The notes below the pieces were generated by a model. The model saw only the letters and a list, made by a program, of their open reading frames with translations. It was not told where the DNA came from and searched no databases. Of a stretch of DNA of 64,000 bases, positions 1 to 13,400 are shown piece by piece. Made by a program: the position numbers and the translations under genes. This DNA comes from Malacoraja senta. Lineage: Eukaryota. The stretch's first letter is position 1. The number at the start of each line of letters is the position of its first letter. The stretch is taken from NCBI GenBank assembly GCA_038087875.1, contig CM075994.1, positions 5,022,001 to 5,086,000 on the forward strand, read 5' to 3'.

Positions 1-689
1 AAACAAATATTTTGCGAGGAAACAGTCAAGCATACCAGCTCCATCGGCAATGCACTTCCACATAAATTCAGGATTTATTGATGTTGACTTGTCAACATTT
101 TTACCCGTCTTCCTCAAACTGTGTGTTAGCACGTACATAAAAACTAAGTAAATAAATAAAGGATAGAAACGCGCAGATTTGAGGTTGTGGAAAATGATTA
201 ACGGATAATATTACGACGCCGAAATTAGTCATTTATCGACTATCGATCGGCCTTTATGTAAACATGGGCAAAGTACTCGCAGCAACACTATTGCCTTGCA
301 GTACAAAATGCAGATAATATGCTAAACTGCTCTCCGACGATGGGGAAGGACCTTCTTCTGTGGATAGCTCATACTGTTTTCGAAGCTTCCAAATATCCAG
401 AAGCGAGATCATTTCCACCAGGTGTCAGGCCAGCCAACAGATTCACACAAAATAAATTAACTTCTGCAAATGCTCAGCGGGTTGAGATGAATCCCTGTGG
501 AAATAGTTGCAGTATTGCATATTTTCATTCTTCAACCTGTAAAGTATATATATTTATGCATGAAGTGCGACCACATTGAAATCAATCTCCCTGGCTCCAA
601 TGCGACAATGTCACAAAGCAGAACTACCGATAAAGAAAGGCCTGTATGGAGTGGATATAGGGAGCATGTTTCCACATGGGATAGTTTAT

Positions 690-1015
690 GACTGGAGAAC
701 ATAGGCTCAGAAGTAACGAACATTCCTTTAGGGAGGAGATGGGGAGGGATATATTTAGTCAGAGGTTGTTGATTCTGTCGAATTGTTTGCCACAGATTGG
801 TGTGGAGGCCAAGTCAGGGGATATTGTATATTATATCGATATAAGACAGAGATAAATGGATACATTGGTTCATCATTAGCAGATGTGTCAGAGGTTATGG
901 GGAAAAGGCAGAATGTGGTTAAGAGGGTGAGACAGGTCAGCCATGATTGAACGACAGAGCAGACTTAATGGGCTGTAAGTCCTAATCTCCCTCCTATCGC
1001 TTATGACCTTATGAC
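690..1015 (+). mobile_element. CR1 LINE 3' fragment (degenerate)
   Basis: Resembles the end of CR1 ORF2 and 3' UTR of other copies in the window; ends in (ttatgacc)n-like tail. Confidence 0.7.
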
Positions 1016-1446
1016 AAATGCAAACTCTTGAACGTTTGAAACGGAGTATCACAATTAACTATTACCCAAAATATTATGTTCCGTATTATGCTCGCACCAA
1101 TGAAATGTAATGCATTATTTTACGTTACCAGCAATTTTTCCCATTAGCTCGTCTTCGGTCAGAAGGAAAACGCAATGGTTAGAAAATGGCGAAAATAATA
1201 TATACTTAATCAGATAACCATTAAAAAAAAAATAATAATATTTATGATAGATATATCTGTGTTAAACCATACGTTGTGTGTTCTAGAACCATATCCGCTA
1301 TTAGGGACGGCATTGCTTTATTATAAATTTGTTTATTGGTACATGGAATAAATGCTTAGCTAAAAAAATTGGGATTAGTCTTGCCTGTTCTTCCTGCCGA
1401 TGTAAGGCAGGTAATAGGCCAGCTTAGAAAATGTAGTGACACGACA

Positions 1447-2045
1447 CCAGCGGAAATTGGAGGTCAATGTTCAGGGCACAGGGATGCAGACATTCCTAAG
1501 CGGAATATGAGGTGCTGCTGCTCCAGTTTCCGGTGGAGGTCACTCTGGCAATGGAGGAGGCACAGGACAGAAAGGTCGGATTCGGAATGGGAGGGGGAGT
1601 GGAAGTGCTGAGCCACAGGTGTTCGGCGAAACGATCTCCAAGCCTACGCTGATCTCCCTGTGATTCAGCACTTCAAATCCCCCTCCCATTCCGAATCCGA
1701 CCATTCTGTCCTGGGCCTCCTCCATTGCCATAGTGAGCACCGCTGGAAACTGAAGGTTCAGCACGTCATTTTCCGCTTGGGTAGTCTGCATCCCAGTGGC
1801 CTGAATATTGACTTCTCCTATTTCCGGTAGCCTTTGCTGTCTCCTCCTCTTCTCAGCTCTCCCTTAGCCCTCTGGCTCCTCATCTTCCTTTCTTGCCGCC
1901 CCCACCCTGCATCAGTCTGAAGAAGGGTTACGGCCCGAAACATTTCCTATTTCCTTCGCTCCATAGATGCTGCCGCACCCGCTGAGTTTCTCGAGCAAAT
2001 TTTGCCTACCTTCGATTTTCCAGCATCTGCAGTTCCTTCTTATAC
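1447..2045. mobile_element. Penelope-like 3' remnants in inverted arrangement
   Basis: 1447-1619 is the reverse complement of about 1657-1830; followed by the tail tcagtctgaagaaggg...cccgaaac...gatgctgc shared with the Penelope at 54175-54270. Confidence 0.75.
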
Positions 2046-2589
2046 ATGACTAACGTCAAACCGTCCACAGTGGACAGATACGGGATAAAGCTAATTGCTG
2101 TTAGTGCAAGTTAAATTCGAGTAAAGTCAGATTAAAGATTGTCCGTGATGTTATAATGCAAGTGTATTTTGGAAAATATTGAAAAGTGATATTTAACTTA
2201 TCAGGAATTCGACATCGTTGCTTTGCTTTTCATTGTCTTCTTGGATGTGGCAAATGTTATTAAAAAAAATCGCAAGCTGTGATATACCGACTATTTCCCA
2301 AATCTCAAATATGTTAAAAGATACAATACTCATAAAGTGGAACTTAATCCCAATTTACAGTCCTTCATACGGCTAGATACGCATTACTTAATTTTTGGGT
2401 AAGTTGCACAGGCAAAATATCAAAATGTTGTCTTTCGTTTGTGCAAGCCTTTAAATTTCATATATATTAATTGACGGGTGAACTCATCAGCATCAGTAGA
2501 ATTCAAAGAATAAGTCGGTTCGCCTCTTTTTTCTGTCATTGAACACGTCTGACCTCTTTGTTTGCATAATGTTTGAATTCACTACTGGA

Positions 2590-2705
2590 GGAGTGGGTCA
2601 GCGGTAGAGTTGCTGCCTTACCCGGGTTCGATCAACTACGGAGTTTGTACGGAGTTCTCCCTGTAACCGCGTGGATTTCCTTCGTGATGTTCGGGTTGCT
2701 CCCGT
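2590..2705 (+). mobile_element. tRNA-derived V-SINE remnant (HE1-like)
   Basis: A-box-like cagcggtag, B-box gggttcgatc, V-domain-like ggagtttgtac...ttctccctgtaaccgcgtgg. Confidence 0.6.
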
Positions 2706-3379
2706 TAACAGTTTTAGATTTGTTCCGTTAGTGCTTTAATTATTTAAGTAATTAATTCGTGTGCATTGTATACAGAGCACGTAAGTGACAACAAGCACGG
2801 GTTGAATTGCACTTTGGAGAAGAAGCACCCGGTCACCGGCAGTTGTCCTGCTCAATGTGTCTGGGAAAAGTGGCCTTACTCAATGTTTATATTACATATT
2901 TTATTCTGATGTGGAGGGCAGGAATCTGAATCAAGAAATAAAATGTTGCGTGGTCAGTTACACTCTCACTGAATCGAAACTTCACTGAACTTCTCATGCT
3001 AACATTTTACTATATGTTCTGAATATGGATGTACCGGAACGTGGTTTGCGATTTCCTGAAAGCTCTGTCATAACAATAATTATTGATTAATGGACAGTGG
3101 CAAGATGCTTGACTCGATTATAAAAGAAGTAATAGCAGCGCATTGGAAAGGCAGTGACAGGATCGGTCAAGTTCAGCGTGGATCTATGAAGTGGAAACCA
3201 TAGAATGGTAAGGTAGAGCCAGTGGATGTGGTGTACCTGGAAGTTCAAAAAGCATTTGACAAGGTCCGAAACACGCGATTAGTGTACTGGAGATACGATA
3301 ATGGATACATCCCACAAATGTCAACGCATTTTGTTTTCGTGATGCCCAGTCGGTGGAATTTAGAGATTAAACATTCAGG

Positions 3380-3630
3380 TTGGAAAGAGTCCCTTCGCCT
3401 TACCAAATTCGCGCCGTCCATCGATTACCCTACACTGGAACTATGCTAACCACTTTCGCATACCACACACTACGGACAATTTTGCTAAAGGCTGAAATTT
3501 GGAACAAACTGGAATAACCGGAAAAAACAATCCAAGTCACAGAGACAACGTACACGCTCCATACAAGCAGCACTTGTATCCCGCCCAATGGCGCTGTAAG
3601 ACCGCAGCTCTACAGCTACGCCACTGCTCC
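3380..3630 (-). mobile_element. V-SINE remnant
   Basis: Reverse complement gives gtggcgtagctgtagagctgcggtcttacagcgcc...gtatggagcgtgtacgttgtctctgtgac, similar to 2590-2705. Confidence 0.55.
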
Positions 3631-4287
3631 GCCCCCTATATCCGCCGTTATCCCACAGGTTTAGCAACATGATTAAATAATATAAAGGCTGCAACTTGAC
3701 TTTTTAATGTCGAGTCATTAATCTGAGAAATCTCAGAATTAGGAAGAGCAGCAGTAAAAATCATAACAATGTATTTCTGACCCCTAAAATGAGTTTATCC
3801 CTTGCAAGACTTCACACATCTACACAGCCGGGTGCTGCTCAATATCTTTCTTCATGTATTGACTTTCCAGAATATACATCCAGCGTGCAAGCCTTATTTT
3901 CTGCACGCCTCTGGATTGTATATAGTTATAGCACGAATGTGAGACCCCGAAGAAGGTCAATTGCAAAACATTCGTTTATTTCATGTTGTTTCCAAACCCT
4001 TTAAAGCGTTGTTGGACGGTGATGGTGGTGCGGGAGTAATAATTCGACGAGGCATGGTACTCGCCATGTGCATGGACTCATTATAAAATTTAGAAATTCT
4101 GACATGCATCGTGTACTTTCCATTTACTGTATGTGTTTAACATGCATCCAATTATAACACATCAATTCAAACCATAAATAATGCATTAAATTATGAATGA
4201 CATTTTAATAGATATTGGCAACTGTTGTCAAGTTTCGCGGAATTTCTGTTTGTACAGCGGATCTTTTGCTTCGAATCAGTGTCTCAC

Positions 4288-4323
4288 CAATATCAGCAAA
4301 TGCTTTTTTCAGCCGGTCAGGTT
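4288..4323 (-). CDS. Candidate 36-nt phase-1 micro-exon (EPDRLKKAFADI)
   Basis: long pyrimidine tract ...cttcgttccctggaatag|AACCTGACCGGCTGAAAAAAGCATTTGCTGATATTG|gtgaga; clear paralogue of exon 29258. Confidence 0.75.
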
Positions 4324-6336
4324 CTATTCCAGGGAACGAAGCAGGAGAAGCAGAAATCTAAAAGTTAATCATTTTCAACATCGGATAAAGCTAGTTTTCA
4401 TATTGTTGGATGAGTAAGGGTTTGGAAGAAATGCAACCAATAAACAGTCAGTGACGACAAATATACTGATGAATGCTTCTGGGAAAGAATACAACTATAT
4501 TCGGCGGCAGTTGAGTTATGTAACGTTGAAGGACTGGGAGTTTGCATTCGAATTACTCTACGACCATTGGATTACAAGATCTTATTTTTACCTGCAGTTC
4601 TCGTGACAAAATAGATTATTTCTAAATGCACCAACAAAGAATGTCCTCTTATTGCTTTCAATACCATAATTAAATTCGCTATGGATATGCTGAAGTCAAA
4701 TGGTGGATGATCTAGTGGAAGAATGACTGTCATCTGGACATTTGATCAAAGGAAAATGTGAATTATTTCTTGGAATTGTCATCATGTGACACAAAATAGA
4801 AAAAAGCCGAGATAATTTAGAGAATTTGGAAGCAAATCAGTCTTTTTCTCCAAGCAACGATACGGCACTAACAAACAATTCAAAAGTAGTCGAATAAATC
4901 TTTTGACCCAACGAACATGAAACTAAGTATAGAAGGTACTATTGGCGGGGCACGCTTTGTAATTCAAAATAAATAAAATATGATACACCGTTAGCACAAT
5001 ATTCATTGGACATTTCTTATGACACTAAAGTAGGTGGTAACGTGGACAAAGAAGATAGTTATAAAAAATGTGTTCATCTGGGCAAATGGGCTCAGGATTA
5101 TATAAGAAAATGTAGATATATTGTATATTAATTAATGTCTGATATTGCTATCGCTAAATACTTTTCAGAGGACCAATGTGGATTACGACCTTATTCGACG
5201 TATATTACTGTTTTGGTAAAATATTCAGTGATGAATTGTATGAGCATGGCAACTGCATACGTCGTTATACTTTTTCATGTCACCTACTAAGATCATTTCA
5301 TATCCGCAAACACCACAGACGCACGCACGCACAAATGCAAACACATGCGTATAGGAAAAACACATATTGCAACTTTCTGGGTGGGGCACGAAATCTCAAA
5401 TTAGGTGAGAGATGCCACAAAATGCACGAAATATCCCACTAAATTCAATTTCCTGCGATAATCGCTGCTTAAAAAATGCCACAGCGTGGGTTAAAACATG
5501 TAGGTCTGCTGGCCATCATTTCCCACACAGACAGAATTACAACAATTGCTTTTTAGCGTCAAGATAACACACACTTATATTTTACCTTCAAGAAAAATAA
5601 GGGAAGTAACACGGTAATATCCTAGTGGCTCGTTTTTACTCTTGCTGTTTATGAGGATGTCGTTTTTTTTAATGAAAGCAAAATGAAGAGGAATTAATTG
5701 TGAAACAATTTACGTAACATGTAGTGGACTTGCTTTAGGGCGACAATGTTTCGTTATCTTACTTGAAGTTGACATTGTGGTGAACTTCAGCATCATTCTT
5801 CAAAGGAAAAACCATCTGCATATTTTCCCAAGATATTCACCAGCAAATTATTTATATAATATAGAGAAACCTATGAACGTGAAGAGTGGACATTAGTGAA
5901 ACATCACGGGAATACTGGCGCCCATAAATATATTTTCAGTTCCTACTTTCATGGCGTAGTCATTACTTTATATCAAGTGGTATGGATATTTTCGGTTTCA
6001 ACTTACATTTATAAAAAGGAGCACGATAAATATTAAAGTCAATGCGTCTCTAAAAGCACGAAACTTGTTTTCGCTTTAGGATCTCAAATTAGTCGCCAAA
6101 TGTTGTAAAGGATTTGAAATGATGAATGCTCCTCTTGTTATTTTGCAAAAGAGATTTCTCTTATTTTTAGACTGGTTTGATTTAATGTTGTACCTCGCTG
6201 GTTTTGCGCATGGTATAAAAGCACACCTCAAAAAAAAAAGCATCAATTTAGTCACACAGAATATAAATAATCTGCAGCAAAAGATGTGACATTTTGTTAC
6301 GAAGAACTGCCATCCTTTATATTGTTTAGAACATAC

Positions 6337-6354
6337 CTTTGACTCCACTCTTCC
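6337..6354 (-). CDS. Candidate 18-nt phase-1 micro-exon (GKSGVK)
   Basis: tttctttgatttgtag|GGAAGAGTGGAGTCAAAG|gtatgt; good splice signals but no similarity to the other exons. Confidence 0.5.
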
Positions 6355-7354
6355 CTACAAATCAAAGAAATATATATGTAATATATATTATTGTTTTAAT
6401 TGTTTTGAATAATTTATAGGATGATGGCAGGACTGCAGTTATACGTGACTTCTGACGTTGGTTTCATCGAGAAATTCCATTTAATTCCTTTCAACACATG
6501 ATCACAATTGATTGCTCCCAGTGTAAATGTTCAATTTTTCTTCTCCTTCCCCAAATTCTCTATTACACGCGCAGCAATCTTCTTACGGTAATATAATTGT
6601 ACATGCACTATTTGGTGAATGTAACATTTAAGCGATGTGCGCAGAATCTATTAGCCGAGTTTGATTTGGTCATTTACACAAATTAAGGATGGGATTTGTA
6701 TTCCAAACCATTTTCCTCGCAGGGAAGGGAACGATGTGAATGTTTACATGACACATCTCCTCAAGCCGAATTTACATCGCAAGAGTGGTGTTGGAGTACG
6801 TGAAGGAAAATAGAACCGTGAAAATGCAATATACAATCATGCAAACACCATTACACTGTATGCCGAAATCAGCGGAGATATTAATAGATGGGAGTAATCT
6901 GTAAAGTGCAAACCACATTTCTGGCCAGTTTATTTTTTCTTCCATAATAAGGCATTGTAAAACGTTCGACGGTTAATCTCCGTTTGTTTTTACCGTTCGG
7001 ATTCCGATATAAATACATTAACTCATCGTTGATTATACTTTACCTTATGTATTTCATTCATTATAACAGTAGCTAATAAAGTCAATGTCCACAGTAAGTG
7101 GGGAAGAATGCAAACGTTTGAAACAAAGGACTTGGTTTTGAAAAAAAAACATTTCGTCAAAGGTACACCTATGATGATATTCCTTTACGATATTTTCCGT
7201 TTTATTTCCCCTTGTTGCAGTGTTCTCAAAACTGTAACCAACATATATGTTAATTGTGAAAGTTGTGCGCTTCTATTACTTTCACATAGGTATGTGTAAA
7301 GGGTACGTTTCTCGAAGGTCCTAGAATGAACTGCCGCAATTGATTATGCTTTGC

Positions 7355-7563
7355 ATTTCCGGTAGTCCCTGCTGTCTCCTCCACTTCTCAGCTTTCCCTC
7401 AGCCCTCGAGCTACTCCTCTTCCTGTTTCCTTTCTTCTCCACGCCCCCCCCCCCCCACCCTCCATCAGTCTGAAGAAGGGTTTCGGCCGGAAACGTTGCC
7501 TATTTCCTTCGCTCCATAGATACTGCTGCACCCGCTGAGCTTCTCCAGCATTTTTGTCTACCT
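7355..7563 (+). mobile_element. Penelope-like terminal fragment
   Basis: Very similar to 1820-2012; contains ctgaagaagggtttcggccggaaacg. Confidence 0.75.
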
Positions 7564-7914
7564 TAAATGCTTTACCTTATTTTTCTTTGCACGTTTCCAG
7601 TTAAAATATTAGAGTTCAGAGGCCGACTGCCGAATTGTTATCCGGCAACAATGCACTGAAATGCATTGACTTCCTTCTTCTCGCTTCAACTGAGACCACA
7701 TCATTTATTACTTCTTATCCCAAATATCAGTGCTTTGCGCTATGTTAGCTGCGCAAGGACAACGTTGACGATGATAAAAAGGATGAGTTAAATTTATGCA
7801 ATTAATAATAGGGCACGAAACATATGACCATGTCACTTTTGAACAAAAACAATTCAACTTAGGTTATGAATTTCTTCTTGAACCATGCACTATTGTTCGG
7901 CAGGATTGGTTGTT

Positions 7915-10090
7915 ACATACAAACATAGAAACATAGGAAATAGGTGCAGAAGGAGGCCATTCGGCCCTTCAAGCCAGCACTGCTATCCATTGCGATCATG
8001 GCCGATCGTCCCCAATCAATAAACCGTGCCTGCCTTCTCCCCATATTCACAGCCCCGAGAGCTCTATATTACTCTCTCATAAATCCATCAAGTGGTTTGG
8101 CCCCCACTACACTCAGTATCAGGGATTTCCACAAAATCACAACTCTTTGGGTGAAACATTTTTTTTCACCTCAGTCTTCAATGGCCTCCCATTTATTCTA
8201 TGACTGTGGCCCCTGGTTCTGGACTCGCCCAACATTTGGAACATTTTACCTGAATCTAGCTTGTCCAGTCCTTTTATAATTTTATATGTTTCTATAAGAT
8301 CCCCCCTCATCCTTCTAAACTCCAGGGAATACAAGCCCAGTCTTTTCATTCTTTCCTCATATGACAGTCCCGCCATCCCCGGAATCAATCTCGTGAACCT
8401 ACGCTGCACCGCCTCAATCACAAGGATGTCCTTCCTCAAATTAGGAGACCAAAACTGTACGCAATATTCCAGAAATGGTTTTACGAGAGCCCTATAAAAC
8501 TGCATGAGAACCTCTCTACTTCTATACTGAAATCCTCTTGTTATGAAGCTAATGCCATTAGCTTTCTTCACTGCCTGCGGTACTTGCACGCCAACGTTCT
8601 GCGACCGGTGTACAAGGAAACCCACGTCCCGCTGTACCTCCCACTTACCTAACCTAACCCCATTGATATAATAATCTGCCCCTTGGATAACCTCACATGT
8701 ATCTATATTATATAGCATCCGCCACGCATCTGCCCATTCACTCAACCTGTCAAGGTCACCCTGGAACCTCCTAACATCCTCTTCACCATTCACACTGCCA
8801 CCCAGCTTTCTGTCATCCGCAAACTTGCTAGTGTTGCTCTTAATTCCCTCATCCAAATCAATAATATATATACTAAACAGTTGCGGTCCCAACACGGAGC
8901 CTTGCAGCACTCCACTCGCCACTGCCTGCCACTCTGAAAAGGACCCGTTCACTCCTACTCTTTGCTTCCTGTCTGCCAACCAATTTTCTATCCACGTCAA
9001 AACCCTACCCCCAATACCATGTGATCTAATTTTAGTTACCAGGCTCCCGTGCGGGACCTTATCAAAGGCTATCAAAACGTCTGGATACACTACATCCACT
9101 GGCACCCCTTCATCCATTTTACTTGTTACATCCTAAAAAAATCCAGAAGATTTTTCAAGCATGATTTTCCTTTCGTAAATCCATGCTGACTTGGATAATC
9201 ATTTTACCGCTAGCCAAATGCCCCATTATTTCCTCTTTAATAATTGACTCCAGCATCTTTCCCACTAACGGTCAGGCTAACTGGTCTGTAATTCCCCGTT
9301 TTTTCTCTCGCTCCTTTCTTGAAAAATGGATAACATTAGCTATCCTCCAATTCAGGAACTGATCCTGAATCTATTGAACATTGGAAAATTATCACCAATG
9401 CGTCCACTATTTCTAGAGCCGCGACCCTGAGGACCCTGGTATGCAGTCCATCCAGCCCCGGGGATTTATCATCCTTCAGTTCCATTAGCCTACCCAATAC
9501 TATTTCTCGCCTAATGAAAATGTCTTTCAGTTCCTCGACCCCCTTAGATCCTCTGTCCTCTCGTACGTCTGGGAGATTGTTTGTGTATTCTTTAGCGAAG
9601 ACACATCCGAAGTACCTGTTCAACTCTTCTGCCATTTCCTTGTTCCCATAATAATTGCACCCACGTCTACCTTCAAGAAACATACATTTGACTTTTCTAC
9701 TCTTTTTCCCTAAACATATGTAAATAATATTTTACTGTCCTTATTTATATTCCTGACCAGCTTCCCCACGTACTTCATCTTATCAGCCCGTATTGCCCGT
9801 ATTGTTTCATTCTGTAGTCCTATCAAAGTTTCCCAATCCTCTGGCTTCAGGCTACTCTTTGCTGGTATATACATATTTTATTTTAGTGTTATTCTATCCT
9901 TAACTTCTCTTGTCAGCCACGGTTGCCTCCTACTCCCATTAATATCTTTCTTCCATTTTGGAATGAAATGATCCTGCGTCTTCCGGATTATGCCCATACA
10001 TTCCTGCCATTGTTGTTCCATCGTTATTCCTGCTAGTATCCCTTTCCAGTCTAGATTGGCCAGTTCCTCTCTCATGCCTTCATAACTCTC
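7915..10090 (-). mobile_element. CR1 LINE, 5'-truncated, degenerate
   Basis: ORFs 8137-9117, 9336-9683 and 9878-10102 encode CR1 RT (AFDKVPH, QGSVLGP, FADD); (catagaaa)n tail at 7915-7940. Confidence 0.95.
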
Positions 10091-10497
10091 TCTTAAATCC
10101 ATCCAGTGACTTGGCCTCCAGTGCTCTCTGTGGTGGGGAATTCCACAAATTCACAACTCTCTGGGTAAAATGTTTTTCTCACCTCAGTCTTAAATGGCTT
10201 CCCCGTTATTCTAAGATTGTGGCCCCTGGCTCTGGAATCGCCCAACACTGGGAACATTTCCCTGCATCTAGCTTGTCCAGTCCATTTATAATTGTATATG
10301 TTTCCATAAGATCCCCCCTCATCCTTCTAAACTCCAGTGACTACAAGCCTAGTATTTTCAATCTTTCCTCATATGACAGTACCGCCATCCCTGGGCTGCA
10401 CTGCCTCAATCACAAGGATATCCTTGGTCAAATTAGGAGACCAAAACTGGACACAATACTCCAGAAGTGCTCTCACCAGAGCCCTATACAACTGAAG
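10085..10497 (-). mobile_element. Second CR1 3' fragment abutting the first
   Basis: Repeats the sequence of about 8075-8500. Confidence 0.85.
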
Positions 10498-13400
10498 AAA
10501 AATTGATGTTTATTTGGAAGCGTAGATCTTGTTTATACCAGATAGAAATCTCAAACAACCAAAGTAGATCTAAAGTCAAAATGTGGATAAGTAATTTGCG
10601 ATCTGTAAAGGGGTCCTCGTCCGATACCTCGTTGGTCCATTTCCAGAAATGGGCATTCATAGCCCGCTGAATTAATTCAGCAGTTAGTTTTGTACACACT
10701 GTTCTTGAATAGTAAGATTAAACGAGCTTACCAGTTTGAAGTTTGATCTTTATTTTATAAGGAGTTACGACGAGGGACTACGTGAAGAGACCGTCCAGCC
10801 GCACACACGTCAATCTTCAAAGCAGCGGTGTGAAATAACAGATAATATTTACTGAATTATGACAGTAAGATACGTGAAGACTAGAACTACCAGCTTGATC
10901 TTTATGAGGGGTGGGAGCGGAGGACACGTAGTAAAATAATATAATCCTCATAAAATAAAGATCAAACTTCAAACTGGTAAGATCTCGTTTAATCTTACTA
11001 TTTTACTTTGGAGTCACGTGAGTGACTACGTGCAGATTTCAAAGCTCTGTGATTTCACGCCGTACATCCAAATCCAGGCGTCTCACTGCATTGATTGACT
11101 CTAAATAAGTAAAGCAATCAACAATGCATAACCACAACATAGATGCAATCAGTTAATGGTTTATTTATCACAACAATAGTAACCCCTTTATCACAAGGGG
11201 GACTTAATACTGAATCCAAAACAGCACCACCAAATAACCCATGATCTGTAATCTCCTTATGGTAATAATTGTGAAACATCTGTTCACTTCCCCATCCTGC
11301 GGCCGCGAGGATAATGTCTTTTGGATCGTCCAAATCCTTGGCCGCCGATGTTGATGCCGCCCTGGGGGAATGAGATTTAAATTTGTCAGTATCAATACCT
11401 GCATCAACCAACACCTGCTTCAGCCATCTAAAAATAGTCTGTACCGACACTTTCTTATGCGTTTTTTTTATAGCTGACAAAGAATGCTGATTCTGCACCT
11501 CCTAAGGTTCTGGTAGCTTCAATGTAACAACATAAATGTGCTACTACACATAGACGTGGATCCGTAGGATATGCTGATAAACCAACTTACATCCTGTGAA
11601 TCCATGCCTACTATGTTTAAGCAAATCATAGACATAGAATGTAATGGCATCTGCTGCCATTTTCATCCTGTCTTTTCGTCATTTCTCCAATGTTTGCACT
11701 CTCTGTGCTGAAACTAGAGTGCAAACATGACAGAGCCCATGGCAGAGCTTCAATAGGCGTCCATTGGCGAAGAAGCATAAGCACATCCCTTACATTCCAG
11801 ATTTCAGTATACCTCGTCTAGGAGGCTTGGAATTAAAAAATCCCTTCATAAACCTACAGACACAAGGATGTGATCCTACAAGATTTTGTTCAGATTTTCT
11901 GCATAGATATGCAGTAAGAGCACTCATTGCAGTATTGATCGCACTATAGATTAAATGTAAATCAAAATAAAGAATTGACAGAAACTCTAACACATCTGAA
12001 ATGTCTGCAGTGTGATATGTAATATTCTGTTGTAAACAAAACACCTCACATTTCCTTATATAAGAAATGTACTGCTTCTGGGTACTATTCCTCCAGGCTG
12101 CCGCCATAACATCCACAGTACGATCTGATAATCCTCTTCCGAGATATGGCCTCCTTAGAATCTGCAAATCAATAAAACCAATACGATCATGTAATGGATG
12201 TGAATCACCAGTTACAGGGTGCACAAGCAGGTTTTCCTGTTTAGAAATAATCATAATGGGCCTTGTGATCATTTTTAACACCAGGGCGTACCACGGCTGT
12301 GTAGGCCAGTCTGGTACCACCAAAACCTCTGAAGCTGAGTCCTGTTTGTTTTTCTGTATACAACGATTAATGAGGCAAAATGGAGGAAATGCAACGAGAA
12401 AGCATCCACCGCTACTGCACCAGGATCAGGTTCCCATGACACATACTTAGGCAATTAAGTCTGGATGCAAACAAGTCCATCTCTGGCATCCCGAACCGTG
12501 CAACAATTTTATAATTGTTTTCACGATCCAACATCCACTCTGTATTGTCATTCAATTTACGTCACCTTGTGTCTGAAACTATGTTGAATCTACCTGGTAG
12601 GTAGATTGCAGAAAGCCAAATTTTTCTGGTAATACACAAGGTCCAGATCACGTTTGGCAATCTATCACAAGATTCTGACTTGATACCACCCATATGATTA
12701 ACATATGCTACAGCTGTAGTATTGTCAATCTGTACGTGAACATGCACATTTTCCATATTAGAACAATAAGCTTTAAGCCCGTAAAATGTTCCTAAAAGCT
12801 ATAGGTAATTGATACCTTGTTCTTGGAGCAAAGGTACTTCCTCCACATTCCATCTACCTCCACAGCTGGAAACAGTATTAGTAGCGCCCCAACCTGGAGC
12901 ACTTAGTAATAGTAGTAATAGTAATAGTAACTTTATTGTCAATTCAAATAATGCAACAAGTAGTTACACAGAGCATTGAAATTGCGTTTCCCCATACTCC
13001 AATGCGCAAGTAATATTTATAACACAGACAGACAATATACCAATAAAAATGGACAATGGACATATACATTATATAAAATATTCAGTAATAAAAGGTGCAA
13101 TATAGAAAAGTGCAAATAGCATACTGCAGATATTGGGTTAAAGTTAATTTGACAGTCAGTTGGTCTTTGTTTGTGTAATGTTCATGGAATTTTCTTGAGT
13201 GTGTTGAGTAGTCTGATGGCCTGAGGGAAAAAGCTGTTTTTGAATCTGGTGGTTTTGCTCCGCATGCTGCGGTAGCGCTTGCCGGATGGTAGGAGGGTGA
13301 ACAGTTTTTGTGCTGGGTGGGTGGTGTCTTTGATGATATTGGTTGCTCTCTTGCGACAGCGAGATGGGTATAAGTCCTGGATTGCTGGTTGGGGTGATCT

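Noticed and set aside
2590-2640. tRNA-like A/B boxes
   Set aside because: SINE head; no complete cloverleaf.
4205-4357. Minus-strand frame resembling a prohormone with a furin site (IRSKR/SAVQ)
   Set aside because: Better explained as the 36-nt exon 4288-4323 plus flanking intron; no signal-peptide exon in the right phase.
5586-5621. 36-nt AG..GT segment on the minus strand
   Set aside because: No polypyrimidine tract and peptide unlike the other exons; shows that chance hits of this kind occur.
5763-5870. Exon-like segment with good splice signals
   Set aside because: Stops in all frames from the upstream acceptor; the 35-nt alternative breaks frame. Could only be non-coding or a pseudo-exon.
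7044-7072. 29-nt AG..GT segment (similarly a 9-nt one at 35610-35618)
   Set aside because: The 29-nt one is not frame-preserving in the phase-1 series; the 9-nt one is too short to support.
11118-11498. Phage-integrase-like ORF suggesting prophage or bacterial contamination
   Set aside because: It is the tyrosine recombinase of a DIRS1 retrotransposon.
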